Of a DNA stretch of 64,000 nt, positions 38,601 through 53,600 are shown one piece after another (the first letter of the stretch is position 1; each line of letters begins with the position of its first letter). The notes beneath the pieces are model-generated. The model was not told the origin of the DNA, made no database searches, and saw only the letters and a program-made list of their open reading frames with translations. Source of the DNA: Antedon mediterranea (Eukaryota > Animalia > Echinodermata); NCBI RefSeq assembly GCF_964355755.1, contig NC_092677.1:26027175-26091174 (forward strand), written 5' to 3'. Made by a program: the position numbers and the translations under genes.

Positions 38601-41600
38601 GTTATTTTTGTAAGCACTCAGTTAATAATATTTTATCAATTCTTGCTTTGGGGCCTTTATGCTTGAATTCCCTGTTAAAAGGCGCCAAACGGCATGGAGA
38701 TCGAGGAGGAAATTGTTTTCAATGATTTATGAATATACGGATATCATGATCACAAATGTTGTTTAGCAAGTGTTAGATTTTGATAAGGGTTCAGGGCCGT
38801 AGCCACCAGTACGGTTGGTAAGGTTTCAACCTGACCACTTTTCACAGAGGCCTTTGGCAACCCAGTGGCTTGAACAGAGATTGTTAATTTTTTTTGCAAA
38901 AAAAAACGCACCACTTATCTTCTTTTATCTTCAATTCTCCCGTTATTAATTAGATTCTAATTTACATAAGAATCGTTAAAGTAACTTTTATTGATACATT
39001 ATGTTGATAATATCAGGGTCCTGATAATACCAGGGTCCTGATAATACCAGGGACCTGATAATACCAGGGACCTGATAATACCAGGGACCTGATAATACCA
39101 GGGACCTGATAATACCAGGGTCCTGATAATACCAGGGTCCTGATAATACCAGGATCCTAATAATACCAGGGTCCTGATAATACCAGGGACCTGATAATAC
39201 CAGGGACCAGATAATACCAGGGCCCTGCTAATACCAGGAACCTGATAATACCAGGAACCTGATAATACCAGGGTCCTGATAATACCAGGGACCTGATAAT
39301 ACCAAGGACCTGATTATACCAGGACCTGATTATACAAGGACTTGATAATACCAGGCCCTTATAATACCAGGGTCCTGATGATACCAGGGTCCTGATAATA
39401 CCAGGGTCCTGATAATACCAGGGTCCTGATAATACCAGGGTCCTGATAATACCAGAGACCTGATAATACCAGGGACTTGATAATACCAGGGTCCTGATAA
39501 TACCAGGGTCCTGATAATACCAGGGACCTGATAATACCAGAGACCTGATAATACCAAGGACCTGATTATACCAGGACCTGATTATACAAGGACTTGATAA
39601 TACCAGGCCCTTATAATACCAGGGTCCTGATGATACCAGGGTCCTGATAATACCAGGGTCCTGATAATACCAGGGTCCTGATAATACCAGGGTCCTGATA
39701 ATACCAGGGTCCTGATAATACCAGAGACCTGATAATACCAGGGACTTGATAATACCAGGGTCCTGATAATACCAGGGTCCTGATAATACCAGGGTCCTGA
39801 TAATACAAGGGTCCTGATAATACAAGGGTCCTGATAATACCAGGGTCCTGATAATACCAGGGACCTGATAATACCAGGGTCCTGATAATACCAGGGACCT
39901 GATAATACCAGGGACCTGATAATACCAGAGACCTGATTATACCAGAGACCTGATAATACCAGAGACCTGATAATACCAAGGACCTGATAATACCAGGGTC
40001 CTGATAATACCAGGGTCCTGATAATACCAAGGACCTGATAATACCAGGGTCCTGATAATACCAGGGTCCTGATAATACCAGGGTCCTGATAATACCAGAG
40101 ACCTGATAATACCAAGGACCTGATAATACCAGGGTCCTGATAATACCAGGGTCCTGATAATACCAGGGACCTGATAATACCAGAGACCAGATAATACCAG
40201 GGACCTGATAATACCAGGGACCTGATAATACCAGGATCCTAATAATACCAGGGTCCTGATAATACCAGGGACCTGATAATACCAGGGTCCTGATAATACC
40301 AGGGTCCTAATAATACCAGGGTCCTGATAATACCAGGGTCCTGATAATACCAGGATCCTAATAATACCAGGGTCCTGATAATACCAGGGACCTGATAATA
40401 CCAGGGACCAGATAATACCAGGGACTTGATAATACCAGGGTCCTGATAATACCAGGGTCCTGATAATACCAGGGACCTGATAATACCAGAGACCTGATAA
40501 TACCAAGGACCTGATTATACCAGGACCTGATTATACAAGGACTTGATAATACCAGGCCCTTATAATACCAGGGTCCTGATGATACCAGGGTCCTGATAAT
40601 ACCAGGGTCCTGATAATACCAGGGTCCTGATAATACCAGGGTCCTGATAATACCAGGGTCCTGATAATACCAGAGACCTGATAATACCAGGGACTTGATA
40701 ATACCAGGGTCCTGATAATACCAGGGTCCTGATAATACCAGGGTCCTGATAATACAAGGGTCCTGATAATACAAGGGTCCTGATAATACCAGGGTCCTGA
40801 TAATACCAGGGACCTGATAATACCAGGGTCCTGATAATACCAGGGACCTGATAATACCAGGGACCTGATAATACCAGAGACCTGATTATACCAGAGACCT
40901 GATAATACCAGAGACCTGATAATACCAAGGACCTGATAATACCAGGGTCCTGATAATACCAGGGTCCTGATAATACCAAGGACCTGATAATACCAGGGTC
41001 CTGATAATACCAGGGTCCTGATAATACCAGGGTCCTGATAATACCAGAGACCTGATAATACCAAGGACCTGATAATACCAGGGTCCTGATAATACCAGGG
41101 TCCTGATAATACCAGGGACCTGATAATACCAGAGACCAGATAATACCAGGGACCTGATAATACCAGGGACCTGATAATACCAGGATCCTAATAATACCAG
41201 GGTCCTGATAATACCAGGGACCAGATAATACCAGGGTCCTGATAATACCAGGATCCTAATAATACCAGGGTCCTGATAATACCAGGGTCCTGATAATACC
41301 AGGGACCAGATAATACCAGGGACCTGATAATACCAAAGACCTGATAATACCAAGGACCTAATTGATTTGATTTGATTTGATTTATTTCGGTATCAGTACA
41401 TAAATTATCACAGACATACAATTAAAATTAGCAAATCAAAAAATACCAAAATAAAACAAGGATGCCAAGGATAACTCATAAAAGTCCTCTACGGACTTGT
41501 TTCCACTGAGGTCCTTTGAAAGAACAGCAAAAAGACAAACAATGCAACATAAAAAAATTACAAAAAACGAATTAATTCAACCTTTCTATTATTGTTGGCA

Positions 41601-44600
41601 GTGCTATTTTACATAATAGTGTACATTCATATTCAAATATGGTAATGAAACCTTTCTATTGCATTTTACGAATGTATTCATATTTTTTAATACATGAATT
41701 TAGTAGAGTAACCTTTATAATTACTAAAGTTACCTGTACTATTTTACATTGTGCATTCATATTATTCAAAGTATTATAAACCAACCTTTGTTTATAGCTG
41801 TACTATTACATTATTACATTACAAATTTGATATAGCACTCTTAAAATAAAACCATTATCAAAAGCGCTGTACATTGAAATGATGTTTCTTAATGTTGTTG
41901 GAAAAGAAACGTTTTTAGTTTATGTAAAGTTATCTGTACTATTAATTACATGAGTGAGTTCATATTTCTCAATGCTTATATGTATTGCGCTATGACCCAA
42001 AATGGCGACTCACCATCCATAAGCTCTATTCATTTCATTGCATTTATTTCGTCAGAAAAGAACAAATATAAAACAAAAGAAAAGAGTTCAAAATCCAAAA
42101 GACTGGTTAACCAAAAAGTGAACATTGAAAATCTAGGAATAAAAAGGCAAATTTAAATTTGATGACTTGCATATCCTTGATTAAAATCTTTAACTAATTC
42201 GTCACAAACATCTATCCCATAATTTCTTTCAACATTTTTGACAAACAGAAGATTCTTGTGTATACTGTAGATTCTCTGGCTGTACTATTTTCCACATTTC
42301 CCCATGTTTAATGGGTGTACAATTTGTCCCTTTTTCATTATTATGAAAACTCAATTGCTTTTCTTCGCATCTCTCACAAATACATTGGCACATAATTGTA
42401 TGAATTATTTCGATCACATTTGTATGAATTATTTAGATCACATTTGAATGAATTATTTAGATCACATTTGAATGAATGACAGTTATATAATTCCTCCTTC
42501 CTGTTGACAATCGTAAATCATTCACATTTAATAACTAATCTGTGATATAAATCCTATAATAAATCTTGCTTAATCTAGTATGTTTTTTACGGATTATAAT
42601 CATGATCATAGAAAATATAATTTGAGAAGTATTACCGGGGAAGAAGGAAATTAGTTGTTGAATGGGCCATTTTAATTTCACAATAGTTATTCACAAAAAA
42701 ATATTTACCTAAAAAATTGTAATTGAAAGTAAAAAATATTCAAATTGACTGGAATTTAATGGGTTTTTGGTTGAATTTAACTGTTTTTTTTCCTAATCTG
42801 TTTTTCTACAAAAGTGATTAACTATAAAAACTACAAAATGGCATATTCAAAGTCTTTTTTTTTTATTAATCTTCATTTTACATATTTTTGGTCGACAATA
42901 CAGGGTCTGTCGAAAATAATCACAATGCAAAATTTGTAATCATTTTAGTTTTAAATAAGAACAAAAACAATCTTTGTTTTTCACCGCTACAAATTAATAA
43001 TGGTGCCACACTGATTCTACAAATTTGTAGAAGATTTGTTTTTCTACTTTACGGTAACTTTAACATTCTCATATCGTGATTACAACTTATATCATTAATT
43101 CTATAATATAATATTACAATTCAACTAAACTACATATTTGATATTATATTCTGTAAGATATTTCGACCTACATTAAAATAATATCATCTAAGAAAACGTC
43201 TCTTCATTGACGTAATAATTTGTTAATATGAATGATAATAAATTGTTTGTATGAATGTTTTAATCATGCAAAACCAACTTCTAGTCATCTTAATTGTTCA
43301 TAAAGTATTTCAAGACTCAAAACCCTGTCGGCACTATCAAACTTTATGTGACAAAAAATGTGATTTGCCCATATATGGACACAATGATGTCATATCACTA
43401 CCATATTTGGCACATCACATTTTGTGTGGGCAGAGCTTTACATGTTTATAATCCATATTTAACTACATACCTTGATCGAAATGTGATGATATTCTGATGG
43501 AAATTTATTTTATTGACGTAGGTCTATTATCACATAGACTTTAATTATCAGTACTTAATTTATATGAAAAAAAAAATGTTGTTACTGAATTTATTGATTT
43601 TCAAGTAAAAATAATTGTAATGTTTAACATATATTGATCACTGTATGAAAAGGACTATTTATTTTCTTTATTATTTTAACTCCAAAATTGACTACTTGCT
43701 TTATGCACTTTAAATTTACAGTATTTTTAATTTTTACAAAACAAAAGGAAGCACAACAACAAATTGAACTGTAACAACTGTTACTGTGCAAACATGTTTC
43801 TGTCTGTTTCTATCTATATATATATATATATATATAAATCCAAAAGCAAATTACTGAAAAAATGACAATGCTGTGGGTATCAGTGGCTGGATCTCAATGG
43901 AGATACAAAACAAAAGCGAAAAGCTAAATCAAAACGAGAAGTAAAACAGCCAGAAAAGTTAGCAGAGCTTTCGGGCAACACTAGCCCTTCATCAGTGCTA
44001 TATATCCAATCTGCAGACAGTACTGTTTCGAACTTATTAGATCTCGTCAGTGCAGCTCAGGTTTCGAAATGAAATGTACCGCAGAACTGGCACAATATAT
44101 AGGCTGAGCCAGGTATGCGGGACATGGTACACTGATTATGAACACAAAGAGTGCACAAGCTCAACGAGCGTGCTTTGCTAAATGCTAATAGTATTCACAA
44201 CAAAAATGCACCGTACCAAACTGAAGAGTGCTCTACAAAACAACATACTATATATGTATATAGCAGATATACTGTATGAAGAGTGTACAGTATCCATATA
44301 AAATACTTCTCCACCTAAAATTTTTAGTTAAAAACCATAGATTTTTCAATATTTTAATTTAAAGGGATACAACTACAGAAACTATATTAAATAAATTCTT
44401 TTGGTTCTGAATATAATAAACTGGAAAATTATTACTTTTTCTGTTGAATCAAATAATACAGACACATGCCTTTTCTCTTGTGTAAAGATCCATGCTTTTT
44501 GGCTAAATATATGTGAACTTGAATTGAATTTGTATACATTTATTCCAGTACTATACTATGAATATTAGATTTGCAATAAGTTAACATGAATCATAAACTA

Positions 44601-47600
44601 GCCGCGAAGTCTTCTACAGAACTATGTGTTGAATTATTCTCATTACTGAATAATATGATCTGAAAAAAAATAATTGGCCAATTTCCATAAATAGATACAT
44701 TTAAGCCCTGAAGATGTAGGTTATTTATAACTTTCACTAGCAATGCTGTCTTTAAATGTTTAATGAAAATGGATTCCAAATCTTACACTTAATACGTGCG
44801 TCCTGGAGGTATTCTTTATACTGCTAGATTTATGTAATAGAACGAGTGATAGCTAATTTAATTGTAATTATAGTTTACAGATGTAGATCCCTTTAAAGAA
44901 CATCTCAACTTATTACCAGATTTAAAGTGTAAAAAGTAAGAAAATGCCATGGCAACTTTGTAATTATTATAGGTACAGTACGGTATAGATCTTTTAAAAA
45001 AATGTCTCAACTTATTGCCAGATTTAAATTGTAAAGTAAATATATGACACAACAACATAGGTACAGTATGGTAGAGATCCCTTCAGCAGAATACGCAGAG
45101 AACGTGCATGATTGTGATATACATATCTGATATAAATATTTTGATCCCACAGCTTCAGCTATAGATAGCAGTAGAAGTCCCTTTAAATAACTTGTCAACT
45201 TATTGCTAGATAAGTACAACAATTAAGAACACGCTACAACAACTTTGATTGTAACTATAGATAACATTAGAGGTCCTTTAAATAACTTATTGCTAGATAA
45301 GTACAAAGTGTAAGAACATGCTACAACAACTTTGATTGTAACTATAGATAGCAGTAGAGGTCCTTTAAATAACTTTTCAACTTATTGCCAGATAAGTACA
45401 AAAAGTGAGACAATTATGTTTTGATTTGAATAGTAGGCTTTTCTGTCCTCGTGAGGTAATTTCCCGATTAATCGTAATCAAAACGGTACTGGGCTTGGTC
45501 TATTAGCGTTCCTGCTCCCAACCAGTACATCCATTCATAGAAGCTTTAATGAAGTAAGCCTACCTGGTGGTAACCATAGAACGGTTCCGAGATAACGACT
45601 ATACTTCGGCTTTAGTCGATAGAAGATTGAAAAAATTGTTAGAGATAGAGTATACGATGTTTGATTATGTGTAGATGTGTGTTCTGTTCTTTTATTCAAA
45701 TGATGTTATTTATTTAATACTTTAGGCTACATTTTTTAATATCAATCAATTAAATTATCGTAGATTGTACAGGCCTATTATGCGAAAAATATTATTAAAT
45801 AAATTTGTTATATAAATTATTATTATTATTATAATATTAATAAAAATATATTTGTTAGTATAAATTAAAAATATAGATATAAGGAAGAAAAACAAAGAGA
45901 TTATGGAGCGGCTGTACCAGAATATACAACACTAGGTATTGTAAAGTTAATATACAACAATTTTAGGCGATCTTGTCAATACTTATTATTAATAGAATGT
46001 GGGCATTGGTGCTCTACAAGTCTAGGTTCATACATTTAGGTTGTTCTGATGTTGCTTTTATATGTCTTTTTTAAAAATTGTTTCCTTCTTGCTATACTAC
46101 TTTCTCTTATTCTTATTTTCCTCAAATATGTTTCAAATTATTTTCTTCCATCTCACCCTCCATGTTTGCTTTGGTTTATCCATATTGCATTGCATACAAT
46201 ACCACCTCACCTCCTGTATGTCTCATCTAGAGGATGATGCAACAACCTACTTTCCATTGAGTACAGTAATTGTTGTTTCACTTTTGTTTCAAATAATGTA
46301 CCTGGATCATGACATCAAATCATGTTTCATTCAACGTTGAATTTATTTAAATGATTTAATGTTTACTTTGATAATATTCTATAAATATTTGATCTTGGAA
46401 ATGTAGGTTATTTGAGTTTGTAATTTAAGCTTTGAATATTAAAGCACTAAAAACATGCTTTCTAAATGTCACATGATAAACTTTATACAAATCTTCTTCC
46501 AATTAAAATCTATCCAATTAGATCTCTTCGCTGAAAGACCAATTTAAAACCTTCTAATGCAGTTAAATGTTGCACAAATAGTAACAATAGGTAATTGAAA
46601 TCGTCGCTAATTAAGATATAAACACTAGGGAGGCATTTGATAAATAGAAGTAAGGATGCGGGAGGCATGGGAATATCTGTTAGGATGCTAGGAAAGAGAA
46701 TGTTTACCAGAAAGGCATTACATTAACAATCAAATAAGAATCTGCTTTAACAATAAAGAAGATTGACTGTACACAGACATGATAAATGAATTTTATTCAT
46801 TGATTAAATCAAGAAAATGAAATCTCAACACTGTTTAAAGCTCCATCTACAGTATAAAACTAGTTTGACAAAAAAAAGTCTGCCCAAACATGGTAGTGAT
46901 ATGCCCAAATATGGTAGTAATATGACATCATCGTGTCCATATATGGGCACATCATTTTTTTTTCACATACAGTTTGATAGTGTAGACAGAGCTTCATGCT
47001 TCTTTTCACCAGGATAATATTTATATGTCGTTCTTTATAGCGCTTTAATGCACAAAGCTTCTAAACGCTCCAAATGATTACCCCAGTCATGTATTTAACA
47101 CGTATGGACACCTCCTAGGATTATGTAGCTATTAATTAGTGGTGAAGTCTATTTGATTTGACCTTACCATGTACACCTGGGTGGAGAGAGGCAAACGTAA
47201 GTGTCTTGCTCAAGGACACAGTCAATGTTGATTTCCAACTCCAGATAGATAAGTATATTAAGATATTGTACAACTATAGCAAAGGTTTGCTAGTTGATAA
47301 AAAAAAGAAAATTTCTAAACCTGAAAACTGATAATCTTGTAGTATGTTATTGATAAATATCGAGAAATATGTACAGTAAGTAGAAAAGAGATCAACACAG
47401 CATGCCCGAAGAAAGCTGCCTTAAGTTAAAAAACAAAATGAATTGATCTATATATTTGGATGATGAGATGATTGATGGGAAGTGATATGTCATCAGTAAC
47501 CGTTTCTGCTGCAGGCGTACACAAGAACATCATCTATTACAAATTCGTAATCTTTTTCAAATACTGATTGTGTTTCATCAGATATGATACTTCTCGTCTT

Positions 47601-50600
47601 TTTCATTCAAGCTCAAATACGATAAATATTTATTTCTTGAATGTTTTGGATATTTGCATTTTTTTTCAATTAATATATATTGAAGATGTACAGTATTGCC
47701 ACCCTGGCTAAAATAATTTTTAACATTTTTTTCGGAATATTTTCTTTAAATGTCATTTAATAGTTATTCATTTTGACCAAATAATTGAATAACAAAAAAA
47801 AGGATTTACCTGAAAAAAAACTGTAATTTAAAGCACAAAATAGTCTGGCTGCCAGCCAATGGGTTTTTGGTTGAATTTAACCATTTATTTTGTCATTTTA
47901 TAAATGAAAACAATTTTTCTATGAAAGTGAATAAATTTAAAACTACAAATTAACCTCTTCAAAGTCTGATTTATTAATCTTCATTGTGCATGATTTTGGG
48001 AACAATACATCTTGAAACTTTGCAATAAGTAAGTAAAAATTCTTACATGAATTGATTTAATATGTAAGTTCTTGAGATATAATAATTTACAAGCATCATA
48101 AAATATGTAAGAAACATGACAAGTCGTCAATAAAATATTAAAATAAAATAAAATATTAAATTCAACTTAATATGACCTTTTATGTTATTGATATAATGAA
48201 TTGATGAAACCATTTTTTCTACTAAATATGTACAGTAAATTAAAATGATTACATAATCTCAAAGAACATTTATTTTGTTTTATTTAAAGATATATTGTGC
48301 TGAAACAATAAACAATTAACACATTTTTTGTTGAATATGTCATTTTAATGTCACATAATAGTTATTTACTTTGACCAAAAAACTGGATCGAAGAAAAAAA
48401 TTATTTACCTGAAAAAATGTAATTTAAAGCAAAATATACTAAAATTGTCTGTCAGACAATTGTTTTTGGTTAAAATTAACTGTTTCTTTTACTTTTAATA
48501 AGTGGAATAATTATTTTGTTTACATTTTTTTTTCTACAGAAGTGAATAACTTATTTAAACGGTAAAACTGCCTAGCCAAAATCTGATATTATTAATCTTT
48601 ATTTTTCATGTTTTGGGGGGACAATACATCTTTAAAACAATATTCAGTTTAAAGATGTATTGTCCCTTTGACTAATTCCAAAAAAATAAAAAATAAAAGA
48701 TTTCGAAAAAAGGTGGGTCATTTTGAAGTATCATAATAGTTATTAACTATCACCAAAAGTTTTTAGAAAAAAAAAAAAATTTAACTGAAATACAGACGTT
48801 TTTTTGTTTAAAAAATAACTTTGACTTCCAAAATACAAAATACAAACAAAATAAAACTTCCTCATGATCTGTGTGAAAATACCTTCTTAACCGTGACGAG
48901 TTTTAAACAATCCTAATTTAGCATATACATAATGCATACTAATGTGGTTTGAAATCTTTGTTTACTTTCGCTCGTGACGATTTTCCAGATGAAATGTAAT
49001 CAAACTAATTTACCTGTTAATTACGTAAACTTGTTTTTGGCTCAAATTTTCGACTTAAAGTGAATAACTTTAAATATTACTTTGATATGGCCACTTTAAA
49101 TTTAGAATATTTTGACCTTCATTTTTTTGTGTTTCAAGGGACAATACATCTTTAACATTCATGTCAATGTATGTTTTACAATAGAACCATGGAGCTATTT
49201 ATAGCTCCATGCTAGAACTTAAAGACCAATTTTTTTTTAATGAAGACCTTAAAGATGAAAAATCCATACATACATCATGGATACAACAAATTAATATGAC
49301 AGCAGTGAACAGGAGAATTAAATAAAACATTTTTTATTATACATTCATTGAAATTAACCTAGAAAATGTTAGAGGTTTACTAGATTTTATTGCTGTTTTG
49401 TTAGTTCAAATTATAATAGTATGTTATTGATCCTTATTTAGTCTGGTTTAGATTCATAAAAAATGATTAATGCATTGAAAATATATGATCTTATCTTACA
49501 TGCATTTCAAACCATTCAGGTTAATAGCCTGTCAAACTTTGTGAAAAAAAAATGTGATGTGCCCAATTATGGACATGATGATGTCATATCACCATATTTG
49601 GGCATATCACTACCATATTTAGGCACATCACTACCATATTTAGGCACATCACACTTGTTTTAGTCAAACTCTGTAGACAGAGCTTTAAACAAAACTTTGA
49701 CTATTCCTACAAGAATGTCTACATTTTGTCGAAATCCTTTCGCTACATTTTGTCTTGGCGGTATGTTACATACTTACGAGAATGGGAATATTGAATCAAC
49801 GTAAAAGTCTTGTTATACATCAAAACATACATTTAATGTGTACATATTGTGTCTATGTAGCGCACCAAATGAATTTGTCCATTTTGTTCAATTAAAAATA
49901 AGTACGGTGCCTGTCTTTCAACTCTAGATACGTGAGGTATCTTCCTTATCTGTACTTTAACATTAAGAGACAAGCCGATTGAATGCGTAATTATAAATAA
50001 TCTATTAGCTGACTGCATTCTCCCATCAGCGGCATACTTCCCCCGAGTCATAAACATACTTTTGACACTTTCTAATGTTATGTGATGAATGTTGTTAGTA
50101 CAGATAGTGCTATTTGAAGGGATTAGTTATTATAGTGTTTCTTTAAATATTATACCAGTATTCTCTTTTTGATAATCGTGGCTGCAGAACAGAATCTTCT
50201 TTTCAATCATATATCCCACGTGTTACCAGAATTTGGAACAACTTACCCGGTGAAATTCGCAACTTAGATATTTCTGTTAGTTTAGTTTTAAAACCAAATT
50301 GTTAAATTATCTAAATATATATTTTTAAAATAATTTTGATATTGAAAATGTGTGTAGTTGGTCGCTTTCTTGTACGATGCTTTAATTGTAGAACGTAAAT
50401 AAATAAGTTGTTTTTTTTGGTTTGTTTTTGTGACCAACTAGCATAGATGTTTAGCACCTGTTTGGTCTTTCCTTGCCTTTTATATTTGTTTTGTCTTCTT
50501 TATATTGTATATGGCAGAATATTGAGTAAATAAATAAATAAATAAGTATAAATGCATAGATGTCTGTATTCGCTCCAATTCCTTTCTCAGGTGTACCTCC

Positions 50601-53600
50601 TCCCCTTCTTCATCCACCATTCACTAGCAGTCTCCTTTTCCATAATTCTCTATTTAGTGTTTCATTTTTTACCTCTTTTAATTTCTCAGATATAAATCAA
50701 AATTTCTCTTGGTAGTTTTTAAATAAAGTTTTTTTAATGTCAAATCGGTCATAGTTATTTGACCGGTTGAATAACAGGTCAACTTAAGGCATAATTGTAT
50801 CGAACCAATGGCAGTATCAGTTTCTTTAATCAATGTTTCTGTGCCATTATTCTTTGTATTATTTCTGCTTTTATCAATCCTTCCAGATTTAAATGCTATA
50901 ATTCGGATTTTGGATGTTGATTTTTATGTCTGAGGAGACTGTAAAATATTTAACATATTCAGTTTCATGTATTTTGTTATGTTGCTTCCTTAAACATTTT
51001 TTTTTGCAGTTAAACTAAAATAAAATTACACTATGTTTAATTTTTTATTTGGAAGCTGTTATATTTTATTTAAAATGTTTACTAGCGTCACATATATCAC
51101 ATGTGCTGCCTGTACAGTATTATGTTAAGTTTTGTATGACCAATGATACAGGCATCACATGTCATACATTGGTGACACTGTATTACAGCATTTGCCTATG
51201 ATACAGGCAGCACATGTGATACATATGTAACACTGTATTGCAGCATTTGCCTTTGATACAGGTATCACATGTGATACATTTGTGACACTGTATTATAGCA
51301 TTTGCCTGTGATACATGACAAGTTGTAGAATACCAATGCCAAAATAAATGTTTGTTGACTTTTAAATTTTAGGAGACCATTAAATTATAACCATCTAATG
51401 TATATCTCATTACCATCTTTTGCAATTGATTTAAAGCAGTTAAAGTAATAATTTCATAAATTGCTAAAATAAAATAATGTAATACTTAGCGTTATTGCCT
51501 TTTATTGCCAATAAACTTACAAAGTTAAAATGCCAAAAATAACAAGAGTGACTACAAATCACCAACATCTATAAATCATTGTAAAATAAATTGATATTTA
51601 AATTAAAGTTTATTGTTAAATAACAGCCAATATAAATACAAGTGCAATAAAATGAATAATGAAACATATTTTGGATATGACATGTCCTGTACATAAATAA
51701 ATATAATATATTTATTAAATATAATGAAAACAAGACCTCCGCCAGGATTAAAAAGAGGAAAAGTATAAAGAATCAGATAAAGATCTGAAATTAGTAAGAT
51801 GATAAAAAGTAGTCCAGAATTAAGATATGTTGGTCCGGATTGCCTAAATATGCCTAATATGGAGTCATTTAATAGTTAACTACAAATTAGTTTAAACTGC
51901 AATAACTTATTTTGATAACATAGATTTTTATTTGTTTCAATCTAGATATTTATGAGACAACAAATGCGATAAATCTAGCAAAAGCTAACTAAATAATTGC
52001 AGATTAAACAAAATATAGTTACAGCAGTAAATGTTATGTAATTAATCCTAAGACTTAATGGGTTTATTTGTCATCCATCACTTGGCGGTTTATCATGGTT
52101 TGATAAGAACAGAAATGAAAAACAGATTGAAAACAAGGTTGCAACTGGGTCGCGGTCTAAAAACACATGAAACTGGGGCTTTATTAGAGATTATATAGAA
52201 ATTGTGTTAAGAATACTCAAAGTAATTTGTCTGTTCTCCTAAAATAGTAGTAATTGCCTTTGACTAGTACTGGCTTAAGGTCTTGTATTTATATGCTGAT
52301 GTAAACTTAATACTACATCTTAGTATCATAGCAGACCTAGTTAGATAAATCAACTTTATTATGGCACAACGATGCTTAACTATTAAGAAGCTTTTTAAAA
52401 TGTTCTTTTTATAATACTTCATTCGAAAATGTCTGGCCAAAAGATTTTAGAAATGTATGATTGTTTTAGTGGCCGTTTTATTCCGTAGTAGTGGAGCTGT
52501 AGCTTGGTGGTTAATGTGCTTGCCTTTCAATCCCAAGGTCCAGGATTCAATCCCGACCTAGTTCCAGGGTTGTAACTAACTCTTTCAACTCCACTCCCTA
52601 AGCCTAAAATAAGACTTAGTTTATAAGCACAATAAATTATTAAATAGTTTATCCACCCTGTAATTGGCGAGTTACTCGTTGTTGGATACATATGAAAAAA
52701 AATATATAAAAAATTCAAAATGTATTACCTTGTTGGGTTTGAGACTTGTCTTTTCAAACCTGATCATCATTAAATCATGTTAAGTTGTTATATTATATAT
52801 ATGTAGATTAAAATATATTACTATATATAAAATTTGTAGTTTTATTTGTGATTTTGTATTTGAATGATAGTTTGTATAAATTAATATTGCAGGTCAAAAT
52901 AGCATTTAAAAACTAGGACTGTAGTTCATTTTATAAACATTTTCATGGATGTGGGTGACATATTATTATGCGTACTGTACTAGGAGATTTCAAAGCAGTT
53001 AGAAGGTGACTGCTTACTGAAAATGCATTCATAAACAACCAAATTAATCTCAATTTTAAATCTCTAATCTTTGATCTTAAAGATGTATTGTCCCCCAAAA
53101 ACATAAAAAATAAAGATAAAATCAGACTTTGAATAGATTATTTTGTAGTTTTAATCAAGTTAATCACTACCGTAAAAAAAAAATGGAACAAATAATGGTT
53201 TTCACTTATGAAATGAGAAAATAAATGGTTAAATTCAACGAAAAACTCTTTGGCTGGCAGCCGATTTGTGTATTTTTTTGCTTTAAATTACTGTTTTTTA
53301 GGTAAACTATTTTTTTTCGATCCTATTTTTTGGTCAAAGTGGATAACTATTATGTGACATTAAATGGCGTATTCAACAAAAAATGTTAAAACAATTATTT
53401 TTAAGTGGGAAAATACATCTTTAAGAAATGGAACAAGATTTTTTTTATGATAATTTTTTCTAAACAATAACAAAATGGTTACATTTCTTTTTTTATTCTC
53501 ACATTTTAACAATATTTTCTCTGTCAAATCCATTATTCTTAAAGATAAAATGCAAAAGTAAAATGTCAGTTTTAAAATATTCTTTTACACCAATTGGTTT

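Larger units (their letters stand above)
43837..44250 (-). mobile_element. Putative non-autonomous Penelope-like/retrozyme-type element carrying two hammerheads
   Basis: Relatively GC-richer non-coding segment between TA-dinucleotide runs; two HHR motifs; 3' part homologous to 61774-61890. Confidence 0.55.

Noticed and set aside
39157-41421. Long minus-strand ORFs (up to 222 aa, [10 protein letters not shown] repeats)
   Set aside because: Translations of the 16-bp satellite; overlapping in all frames, with no gene context.
49833-50057. Minus-strand ORF with KYAAD resembling RT YADD
   Set aside because: No other RT motifs; the adjacent LINE remnant is on the opposite strand.
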